The notes under the pieces: generated by a model
Seen by the model: the letters and a program-made list of their open reading frames with translations, nothing else
Databases searched by the model: none
Told to the model about the DNA's origin: nothing
Part shown: piece after piece, positions 20,473 to 27,400 of the stretch
Layout: every line of letters begins with the position of its first letter
Position numbering within the stretch: position 1 is the first letter of the stretch
Translations under genes and position numbers: made by a program
NCBI GenBank assembly: GCA_964349955.1
Contig: CAYGIT010000001.1
Span: forward strand, 1-45,228
Direction of reading: 5' to 3'
DNA: 45,228 bases
DNA from: an uncultured bacterium
Lineage (GTDB): Bacteria; Omnitrophota; Omnitrophia; Omnitrophales; Aquincolibacteriaceae

Positions 20473-20656
20473 CTCGAAGTCGTGCAGCAGAATTTTCCGG
20501 ACTCCGGCAGACGCGCTCCAGCTTCGGCAAAAGTAAGCCCGCGGCGGGTGCGGACCCTCCGCGCTCCCCTGCGGGGCCGCGGGTTCCACACCCACCCCGG
20601 GCAACTTTTGCACGAAGCTTCCGCGCGCCCTGCCTCCGTCCGGAAAATTCTGCTGC
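20473..20656. repeat. Mosaic palindromic repeat, module A (long imperfect hairpin closed by a perfect 19-bp inverted repeat)
   Basis: gcagcagaattttccggac (20484-20502) is the exact reverse complement of gtccggaaaattctgctgc (20638-20656). The 135-nt interior continues to pair: ggcag/ctgcc, cgcgc/gcgcg, agcttcg/cgaagct, gcaaaagt/acttttgc, cccgcggc/gccgcggg. Confidence 0.85.
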
Positions 20657-20694
20657 CCCGGGCTCTTTTCTTTTTTCAAGCCCTTGGGCCGAGG

Positions 20695-20867
20695 CCGGCA
20701 AGGAGGGAAGCTTCTCCGGAGGCAGCTAACGGAACCGTCCGGAGCTCGGTCCCGCCGTTTTGTGGCGGGTCCGGACGGTGAGTTAGCAGGGAGTCGTTCG
20801 CCGCTGGAGCGAACGAACTCCCGGTGCCGCAGGGGAAGCTTCCCTCCTTGCCGGCACGACCACGACC
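20695..20867. repeat. Mosaic palindromic repeat, module B (perfect 20-bp inverted repeat enclosing two hairpins, plus a right-hand tail)
   Basis: ccggcaaggagggaagcttc (20695-20714) is the exact reverse complement of 20835-20854. The interior folds into hairpin B1 (20726-20786, apex cccgcc-gttttgt-ggcggg) and hairpin B2 (20789-20822). Positions 20757-20867 are about 93% identical to the reverse complement of 45118-45228. Confidence 0.85.
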
Positions 20868-20907
20868 TCGCGCAGTCTTTGTTGTACTAGCTGGAGAAGC
20901 GAGCGTG

Positions 20908-22962
20908 TTAGAGGATGTTGAGAGGATCGACGTCGAGGGCGTAGGCAACGTCGGAGGGTTTTTTGAGGGTGTCTATGGCTTCGCGGACGAGTTGAGTGAC
21001 GTCCTGATTGAGCGGGAGTTTGAGCATGACATGCCAGCGGAAATGGCCGCGGAGTTTATAAAATGGGAGCGGCGCAGGGCCGATGATTTCGAAAGTGAGG
21101 GAAGCCGATGACGCTTCGAATGCTTGTTTCAAGCCCTCCCGGAATTCGCGGGCGAATTTGTAGGCTTTGTTTTCGTCGTGCGAGCGGATGATGACATTGA
21201 TCAGGCGCTTGAAAGGCGGATAGCCGTATTGCTCGCGTTCTTTGGCTTCGTGCTGATAAAAATTCGGGTAATCGTGTTTTTTGGCGAAAACAATGCTGGG
21301 ATGCTCCGGAGAGAAAGTTTGAATGAAAACGCGCCCGGGATTCTTTCCCCTTCCGGCCCGGCCCGCCACCTGGGTCATCAATTGAAAGGTCCTTTCGGCG
21401 GAACGAAAATCCGGAAGGCTCAATCCGACATCGGCCAGAACTACCCCGACCAAGGTCACATGGGGGAAATCAAAACCTTTTGCGATCATCTGGGTGCCGA
21501 TCAAGATATCGATTTGCTGGTCCCGGAATTTTTTAAGGATTTCTTCATGGGACCCTTTCTTGCGCACGCTGTCGGCATCCATACGCGCGATCCGGGCCAC
21601 GGGAAAATGCGCGGCCAGTTCGCTTTCGACTTTTTCCGTGCCGAAACCGGTGAACCGCAAAAGCGGCATCCTGCATTGGCTGCAGATGGCGGAAGCTTTT
21701 TTCTGGAAGTTGCAATAATGACAAAGGAGAATATCGGATTGTTGGTGAAAAGTGAGCGAGACCTGGCAGGAAGGGCAGGATTCCACCAGGGCGCATTTGG
21801 GGCAGCTCACATGGGTTGAAAAACCCCGGCGGTTGAGCAACAGGATAGTCCCCTCTTTTTTCCTGAGATTGGTTTCGATTTCCTCGAGCAAACGCAAACT
21901 GAAAAATCCTTTTTTGCGCGGTCCGGACAAATCCTTGAGATCGATCACATGCACTTCGGGCATGTCTTTTTCGTCAATGCGGGTCGCAAGCCTCAATAAT
22001 TCAACATTTCCGATCTTCGTTTGATACATGGTTTCAAGCGAGGGGGTCGCGCTTCCCATCAGAAAAAGCGCGTTCTCCTGTTCCGCGCGCCAGGTGGCGG
22101 CGTCTCGGGCATGATATCGCGGCGTTGTTTCCTGCTTGTACGAGCCTTCATGCTCTTCATCCATAATCAAAAGCCCGAGATTAGAAACCGGCGCAAACAC
22201 GGCGGAGCGTGGTCCCAAGACCACCTGGCATTGTCCCTTTTGAATTCTTTGCCAGGCTTTGAAGCGTTCGGAGTCTGAAAGTTTGCTGTGAAGGATTTCC
22301 AGGCTCTTGCCAAAGTGGAGAATAAAAAAACGCCGGATTTGTTCGGTCAAGGCGATTTCCGGAACCAGGCAAATCGCGGACTTCCCTTTTTTAAGCACTT
22401 CCCGGATTGTGCGAATATAAAGCTCGCTTTTTCCGCTACCAGTGACGCCGTGCAGAAGAATGGGTTTGGGATGGGGATTTTCAAGAGATGGCACTATTTT
22501 TTCAAAAGCCGATTTTTGATCGGGCGATAAGGCCAGATCGACCGGCGGGATGAGCGCGTTCTCTGCTCCTTCGTCGAAGTCCTCCGCCGGCTTCTTGCCA
22601 TATTTCACCCATTTGGGCAGCGCGTTTTCAATTGCCTCGCCCCAGGAGCATCCATAATAAAGGCTGATTTTTTTGGTGAGGCCAAGAATGGTGGCGGAAA
22701 TTACCGGGGTCTCATCCAGAACGGCGGAAAGGGATTTTAATTTTCGCAATTGATTTTCATCGACGGGAGGAATTTCGGGCAAAGCCGTGACGTAGCCCAC
22801 GATCTCCCGGTTCCTGAACGGCACGCGCACCCGCGCGCCCACCCGGATTTTGGGTTGAAGTTCTTCGGGCACGGTGTACGTGAAAGGACCGGGAATCGGG
22901 AGCGGAACGGCGATTTCCGCGTAGGCACCCGCGAGAATTTTTTCAGGAGAGAAAATGGGCAT
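20908..22962 (-). CDS. priA: Primosomal protein N' (replication restart helicase PriA)
   Basis: 684 aa with HGVTGSGKSE Walker A, MDEEHE, CPKC...CPSC...CHYC...CSQC zinc-binding insertion, and GRAGRG. Confidence 0.95.
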   Translation of the reverse strand: MPIFSPEKILAGAYAEIAVPLPIPGPFTYTVPEELQPKIRVGARVRVPFRNREIVGYVTALPEIPPVDENQLRKLKSLSAVLDETPVISATILGLTKKISLYYGCSWGEAIENALPKWVKYGKKPAEDFDEGAENALIPPVDLALSPDQKSAFEKIVPSLENPHPKPILLHGVTGSGKSELYIRTIREVLKKGKSAICLVPEIALTEQIRRFFILHFGKSLEILHSKLSDSERFKAWQRIQKGQCQVVLGPRSAVFAPVSNLGLLIMDEEHEGSYKQETTPRYHARDAATWRAEQENALFLMGSATPSLETMYQTKIGNVELLRLATRIDEKDMPEVHVIDLKDLSGPRKKGFFSLRLLEEIETNLRKKEGTILLLNRRGFSTHVSCPKCALVESCPSCQVSLTFHQQSDILLCHYCNFQKKASAICSQCRMPLLRFTGFGTEKVESELAAHFPVARIARMDADSVRKKGSHEEILKKFRDQQIDILIGTQMIAKGFDFPHVTLVGVVLADVGLSLPDFRSAERTFQLMTQVAGRAGRGKNPGRVFIQTFSPEHPSIVFAKKHDYPNFYQHEAKEREQYGYPPFKRLINVIIRSHDENKAYKFAREFREGLKQAFEASSASLTFEIIGPAPLPFYKLRGHFRWHVMLKLPLNQDVTQLVREAIDTLKKPSDVAYALDVDPLNIL

Positions 22963-22967
22963 GGCGG

Positions 22968-23642
22968 TCAGGCCTGGGCATCCAGTTCGCGGCGGATCAT
23001 TTTCATGTCTTCCCAGACTTTTCTTTTTTCTCCGGGATTACGCAAAAGATAGGCAGGATGAAAGGTTGCGATAATCTTGAGCCCGTTTTTTTCATAAAAC
23101 TGGCCGCGCAATCGGGAAATCGTTGTCTCAGATTCCAGAATTGTTTGCGCCGCAAAAGTCCCAAGCGCGCAAATAATTTTGGGTCCGATCAGTTCAATTT
23201 GTTTTAAAAGATAGGGCCGGCAATTCCGGATTTCATTCGGCTGGGGCGGGCGATTGCCCGGCGGCCGGCACTTGAGCGTATTGGCGATAAAAACTTCCTC
23301 GCGCGTCAACCCGATCGATTCAATGATTTTGGTGAGAAGCTGCCCTGCCCGGCCCACAAAGGGAACTCCCTGGATGTCTTCTTCGGAACCCGGTGCTTCA
23401 CCGATAAACATGAGTTTTGCGTGAGGGCTCCCCGATCCAAAAACCACGTTTTTTCTTGTCGTGGCCAGTTCATGGCAAAGGGTACAGGCCAGGGTTTGCT
23501 CACGCAACTTGAGAAGCGCCTCAGAGGGGACAGGCAGAAAACCGCTGCCTGTCCCCTTTTCTCTGGCAGGAATATAGATTTCTTCAATGCCTTCTTCGTG
23601 GAGGGATTTTAAAAAAAGTTTGGCTTCTTTTGGGTTTCTCAT
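22968..23642 (-). CDS. udg: Uracil-DNA glycosylase, family 4
   Basis: CTLCHEL...NVVFGSG, FIGEAPGSEED, PFVGRAGQLL, and TFHPAYLLRN motifs. The ATG at 23642 was chosen; the track ORF is open to 23693, overlapping the upstream gene. Confidence 0.88.
   Translation of the reverse strand: MRNPKEAKLFLKSLHEEGIEEIYIPAREKGTGSGFLPVPSEALLKLREQTLACTLCHELATTRKNVVFGSGSPHAKLMFIGEAPGSEEDIQGVPFVGRAGQLLTKIIESIGLTREEVFIANTLKCRPPGNRPPQPNEIRNCRPYLLKQIELIGPKIICALGTFAAQTILESETTISRLRGQFYEKNGLKIIATFHPAYLLRNPGEKRKVWEDMKMIRRELDAQA
23525..23557. repeat. Small REP-like hairpin R1a (13-bp stem)
   Basis: aggggacaggcag-aaaaccg-ctgcctgtcccct. Lies in frame inside the N-terminal region of the UDG ORF (encodes GTGSGFLPVP). Confidence 0.8.
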
Positions 23643-23646
23643 GGTT

Positions 23647-24795
23647 TCAGGATGAGGGGACAGGCAGCGGTTTTCTGCCTGTCCCCTCATCAAGCACCCA
23701 ATCCACTAAATCTTTCGCGGCTTCCGGTTTGGCAAGACGCCGGATTTCTGTTTTTTTCGCTTCAAGGATTTCCGGATTATTCAGAATGGCCTGAATGATG
23801 GTTTTGAGCTGTGCCGGCTGATTCATGATGAAGGCGGCATTCCGGGATTTCAGCACGTCGGCATTGCGCGTTTCCTGGCCGGGAATCGGATCGATCACGA
23901 TCATGGGGACTTCCTTGGTCAGCGCTTCGGTGGTGGTCGAGCCGCCGGACTTTGCAATGATCAGGTCGCTGGCTTCCATGAGGTCGGCCATAAAGTCGAT
24001 AAAGCCAAAAATTTTCACAGAAAAAGGAAAGTTTTTCTTCTCGAGAATGAGTTTGAGGCCGTTATTGTTGCCGCAGACCACAAAGCATTGAATCCTGTCT
24101 TTGAACGGCGCCAGAGCATCGAGCATTTGTTCTTGGGGGCCAAGGCCGAAACTGCCGCTGGTCATCAAAAGAGTCAATCGTTCCGGAGAAAATCCCCATT
24201 TTGCGCGGATTTCATTCTTGATTCCTTTGGGCCTGAAAACAGGAGCCACCGGAATCCCGGCCGCGCGGATTCTGGATTCCGGAATTCCCCGGTGTTCAAG
24301 CTCGCGGGCGCCTTCCTCTCCCATGACCCAGTAAAGGTCCATGCCTTTCGTGACCCAGAATGTGTGGGGCAAAAAATCAGTAATGACGGCAATGACTTTT
24401 GCCGTGATCTCCCCTTTTCTGCGGGCATTGGCAAAAAATTCGGAGGAAAGAAAATGCGTGCAGAGAATCGCATCGGGTTTTTCTTTCCGGACCAGGTCCA
24501 GCAGCCGGAGCGCCATGAGGCGGTTATGAAGGCTTCGCAGAGGATGAAGCCAACGGTAAAAATTTATTTTGTCGAGAGTCTCGTAAAACCAGCCCCAGAG
24601 GCCGGGAATATTTTTAACGGCATACTGATAAACTGCCGGATAACTTTTACGGAAAAAAGCCGGCGTAAAATCAAGGGCGTCAAAAAGCTTGACCTCATGG
24701 TCCGTGAGGCCCCGTTTTTTGAATTCAGCGGCAATGACCTGGGCGACTTGCTTGTGCCCGTGGCCGGCATTGGCATAAAAGAGGAGGATTTTCAT
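23647..24795 (-). CDS. GT28-family diacylglycerol glycosyltransferase (MGDG synthase / UgtP-like)
   Basis: 382 aa with MKILLFYANAGHGHKQVAQ N-terminal motif typical of MGDG_synth-type enzymes, and a C-terminal GT28 half (AKSGGSTTTEAL). Confidence 0.8.
   Translation of the reverse strand: MKILLFYANAGHGHKQVAQVIAAEFKKRGLTDHEVKLFDALDFTPAFFRKSYPAVYQYAVKNIPGLWGWFYETLDKINFYRWLHPLRSLHNRLMALRLLDLVRKEKPDAILCTHFLSSEFFANARRKGEITAKVIAVITDFLPHTFWVTKGMDLYWVMGEEGARELEHRGIPESRIRAAGIPVAPVFRPKGIKNEIRAKWGFSPERLTLLMTSGSFGLGPQEQMLDALAPFKDRIQCFVVCGNNNGLKLILEKKNFPFSVKIFGFIDFMADLMEASDLIIAKSGGSTTTEALTKEVPMIVIDPIPGQETRNADVLKSRNAAFIMNQPAQLKTIIQAILNNPEILEAKKTEIRRLAKPEAAKDLVDWVLDEGTGRKPLPVPSS
23653..23689. repeat. Small REP-like hairpin R1b (15-bp stem), inverted copy of R1a
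   Basis: tgaggggacaggcag-cggtttt-ctgcctgtcccctca. The loop is the reverse complement of the R1a loop. It encodes the last ~13 aa of the GT28 ORF (GTGRKPLPVPSS). Confidence 0.8.
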
Positions 24796-25427
24796 CCGGC
24801 GAGAAGTTTTACCGCATCCGGAAGCCGGTTCACAATATAATCAGGCTGAAGTTCCGGAGTCAATTTTAATTCGTCCGATTTTCCATGGCCGGTGCGAACC
24901 AGGATGGTCCGGATTTTGAAACGCTTGCCGGCCTCGATATCGGTCAGTTTGTCGCCGATGAAAAAAGTTTTCTTGCGGTCAAAACGGATTCCTTTCACGG
25001 CTTTTTTGAAGAGGCCGGTCTCGGGTTTCCGGCATTTGCAGCCCGCCTGCTTGCCGTGCAGGCAAAAATAGGAGGCCCTGATTTTGATTCCCCGTTTTTT
25101 GAAAACACCCAGCATTTTTTCATGAATGTCCCACAAAGCCGGTTCCGGATAAACCCCGTCGCCGATGCCTGCCTGATTTGAAATTAAAATGATTTTATAA
25201 TCCCGCTCCGTCAGTTTTTTTAGCGCCGACAGGGCGCCTCTTTCAAACCGGAATTGCTTCCAGGTCTTGATGTAATCCCCGATCGGATCGACGTTGATGA
25301 CCCCGTCACGGTCGATAAAAACCAGGCGGTTAATTTTAGCTTTGTCATCCTGAGGCGTTCTATGCCGAAGGATCCCCGGCTTAGATCCTTCGCTTCGCTT
25401 AGGATGACAGGCTGTTTTAGTGGGCAT
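24792..25427 (-). CDS. gmhB: D-glycero-D-manno-heptose 1,7-bisphosphate phosphatase (HAD-IIIA)
   Basis: FIDRDGVIN HAD motif I, CLHGKQAGCKCRKPETG zinc/HAD motif, and IGDKLTDIEAG. The only canonical starts (25427, 25472) lie upstream of palindromic element R2, so R2 is read through. Confidence 0.82.
   Translation of the reverse strand: MPTKTACHPKRSEGSKPGILRHRTPQDDKAKINRLVFIDRDGVINVDPIGDYIKTWKQFRFERGALSALKKLTERDYKIILISNQAGIGDGVYPEPALWDIHEKMLGVFKKRGIKIRASYFCLHGKQAGCKCRKPETGLFKKAVKGIRFDRKKTFFIGDKLTDIEAGKRFKIRTILVRTGHGKSDELKLTPELQPDYIVNRLPDAVKLLAG
25344..25408. repeat. REP-like palindromic element R2 (GTCATCC-type)
   Basis: gtcatcctgagg...cgaaggatc-cccggctta-gatccttcg...cttaggatgac. Outer and inner arms are inverted repeats. 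Located at the DegT/gmhB junction. Confidence 0.75.
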
Positions 25428-26538
25428 GATAAAAATGCAAAATCGCGTCGCAAACCCGGTCCACTTCTTCATTCGTCAGTTCGGGAAACATGGGCAACGA
25501 AAGAGCTTCTCCCGAAATCTGGAGAGTGTTTTTCAAATGCTTCAGGTTGACGGGCAAGTGCTTTGCAAAAGGCTGGCGATGGACGGGAACCGCGTAGTGG
25601 AGCATGGTCGGAATTTCCTTTTGGGCCATGTGCGCGCGCAGCGCGTCACGTTTTCCGCCCGGCACCCGCACGGCAAAAAGATGATAAACGTGGCGGCGCC
25701 CTTCCCCTTCGCGAGGAAGGATGAGCGGCGTCGTTTCAAGGCGCTTGAAATAATGCGCGGCCACGCGCCGGCGGTCTTCATTGAAGGCTTCCAGATTTTT
25801 TAATTTCAAGTTCAAAATCATCGCCTGAAGGGCATCCAGACGGCTGGTCCAGCCCATTTCCTGATGGGGATCTTTTAATTCACGGCGGCCGAGATTGCGG
25901 TAATGAAGGACCAATTCCACGAGTTTCTTGTTTTTTGTCACCACCATGCCGCCGTCGCCCATGGCCCCCAGGTTTTTGGTCGGATAAAAGCTGAAACACC
26001 CCGCATCGCCGAGAGCTCCGGCTTTTTTTCCGCGGTAGAGCGCGCCATGCGCTTGGCAGGCATCCTCGATCACATGCAACTTCCGTTTTTGGGCAAGCGC
26101 GTTCAGGGCGGCCATGTCCGCGCATTGGCCAAACAGATGGACCGGGAGGATCGCCCGGGTCCGTTTCGTGAGGACTTTTTCCGCGGATTCCGGAGACAGG
26201 GTATAAGTTTCGTTATCCACGTCCGCAAAGACTGGCATCCCGCCGGCCTGCAAAATACAAAGTACGCTTGCGGAGAAAGTGAAGGACGGAACAATGACTT
26301 GATCCCCTTTTTTGATCCCCAGTGCGCGCAGTGAGAAAGTGAGTGCATCGGTTCCCGATCCTACTCCCACCGCATAGGCAGCGCCACAATAAGCGGCAAA
26401 GGCTTTTTCGAAATCCTCTACGGCCGGACCCAGCACATAGCGCCCGGAGGCCGCCGTTTGGAGCAAAAGCGCGTTTAGCTCCTCTTTTAATTTTTCGTAC
26501 TGACGTTGAAGGTCGAAATAAGGAATCGGTTTTGTCAT
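25417..26538 (-). CDS. DegT/DnrJ/EryC1/StrS-family PLP-dependent sugar aminotransferase
   Basis: 373 aa with GSGTDAL, HVIEDACQAHG, and the SFYPTKNLGAMGDGG motif carrying the PLP lysine. Confidence 0.88.
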   Translation of the reverse strand: MTKPIPYFDLQRQYEKLKEELNALLLQTAASGRYVLGPAVEDFEKAFAAYCGAAYAVGVGSGTDALTFSLRALGIKKGDQVIVPSFTFSASVLCILQAGGMPVFADVDNETYTLSPESAEKVLTKRTRAILPVHLFGQCADMAALNALAQKRKLHVIEDACQAHGALYRGKKAGALGDAGCFSFYPTKNLGAMGDGGMVVTKNKKLVELVLHYRNLGRRELKDPHQEMGWTSRLDALQAMILNLKLKNLEAFNEDRRRVAAHYFKRLETTPLILPREGEGRRHVYHLFAVRVPGGKRDALRAHMAQKEIPTMLHYAVPVHRQPFAKHLPVNLKHLKNTLQISGEALSLPMFPELTNEEVDRVCDAILHFYHAH

Positions 26539-27308
26539 TTTTTAAGTTTCATTTCACGGTATTTGGCGTAAGAAAAAAGCTGATAGAGACCATGGAACAC
26601 GGACATCAAAAATCCCATGAACCCGTATTTCCAGCCTTCTTTAAGAAAATAATTTTTCAAAAAACGGTCAATGGTCTTTCTCACGACCTTCCCCTTCTTG
26701 ACTTTGCGCCCGTCGGTGATCCATTTGTCGGCCTCAAGCGTGGTTTCGCGGTTGAATTTGCCAATCCACTGCTCAAGATTTTTACAGGAATAATGCAAAA
26801 TGTCGCCTTTTAAAATGCCGCATTTTCCGTCATAAATGGCGCGCGGATGCACGCGGGCTTCCTCATATTTAAATTTGCCTTTGCGAAAAAGCCGGGTTTT
26901 GGCCGCCGGATAATACCCGGCGCCCTGGATCCACTCCGAGCCGATGAAAGTCTTGATCGGAATCGCGTAGCAGATAAAAGCCGGGTCATTTTTTTCTGTC
27001 ATCGACTGAATTTCCCGTGCCAGTTCCGGGGTAACGCGCTCATCGGCATCCAGACTCAATACCCAGAGTTGGGTGGCCTTGTCATAAGCGAAATTCCGCT
27101 GCCGGCCTTCGATGTCCATCGCGCGTTGAAAAATTTTGTCCGTGTACCGGCGCGCGATTTCCACTGTCCGGTCGGTGCTCATGTCATCCAGCACCACGAT
27201 TTCTGCGGCCCAGGCAGCGCTCTTCAGGCAGTCCTCAAGGCGTGCTTCCTCATTTTTAGCAATGATCACAATTGAAACCGGGGCTTTGGAATCCATTCTA
27301 TTCTCCAT
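26535..27308 (-). CDS. Glycosyltransferase family 2 (LPS-core-type)
   Basis: VSIVIIAKNEE...VVLDDMSTDRT...LSLDADE GT-A motifs. The ATG at 27308 (MENRMDSK) was chosen because the longer track ORF reads through palindromic element R3. Confidence 0.82.
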   Translation of the reverse strand: MENRMDSKAPVSIVIIAKNEEARLEDCLKSAAWAAEIVVLDDMSTDRTVEIARRYTDKIFQRAMDIEGRQRNFAYDKATQLWVLSLDADERVTPELAREIQSMTEKNDPAFICYAIPIKTFIGSEWIQGAGYYPAAKTRLFRKGKFKYEEARVHPRAIYDGKCGILKGDILHYSCKNLEQWIGKFNRETTLEADKWITDGRKVKKGKVVRKTIDRFLKNYFLKEGWKYGFMGFLMSVFHGLYQLFSYAKYREMKLKK

Positions 27309-27312
27309 ATCT

Positions 27313-27396
27313 GTCATTCCCGAGAACCCTCTGCGAGGGCTGCAAAAAGACTGATCGGGAATCCAATTGGATCCTCCGGTCAAGCCGGAGGATGAC
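27313..27396. repeat. REP-like palindromic element R3 (GTCATCC-type, two sub-hairpins)
   Basis: gtcattcccga...ccctc-tgc-gaggg...tcgggaat, then atcctccgg-tcaag-ccggaggat-gac. It fills almost the entire spacer between the sugar-transferase stop (27401) and the GT2 start (27308). Confidence 0.75.
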
Positions 27397-27400
27397 AAGG

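Noticed and set aside
20695-20867. Module B hairpins considered as a known RNA or recombination site: SRP RNA helix 8, group II intron domain V, integron attC, or a DGR TR/VR pair
   Set aside because: - The CCGGAGGCAGC stretch lacks the SRP GGAA-tetraloop / AGCA-loop arrangement.
- The 34-nt hairpin B2 has a 7-nt loop, a 1-nt bulge and no AGC triad, unlike domain V.
- The GTTAGCA/GTTAGAG strings do not fit the attC GTTRRRY core, and no intI is present.
- Differences between copies are not adenine-specific, and no reverse transcriptase is present.
- Multiple copies argue against a single-copy housekeeping RNA.
20175-20948. Several 83-184-aa ORFs on both strands spanning the priA-def spacer (20175-20729 +, 20402-20701 -, 20428-20679 -, 20464-20781 +, 20676-20948 -)
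   Set aside because: They are open in multiple frames on both strands only because the region is GC-rich and palindromic. The products are Arg/Pro/Gly/Ala-rich low-complexity strings. The same DNA recurs as a non-coding repeat elsewhere.
21124-21819. 231-aa plus-strand ORF. Similar long antisense or off-frame ORFs occur at 24088-24840 (+), 38627-39433 (-), 4866-5411 (+) and 6554-7090 (+).
   Set aside because: All lie inside genes with strong family signatures in another frame or strand (priA, GT28, the DUF2079-like protein, plsX, coaD/rsmD). Their compositions are low-complexity and they have no independent support.
23653-23689. Strong hairpins (R1b, copy 3 at 34667-34723, modules A and B) considered as Rho-independent terminators
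   Set aside because: On the transcribed (minus) strand none is followed by a U-tract, and R1b lies inside a coding region. They may still affect RNA stability or pausing, but a classical intrinsic-terminator call is not supported.
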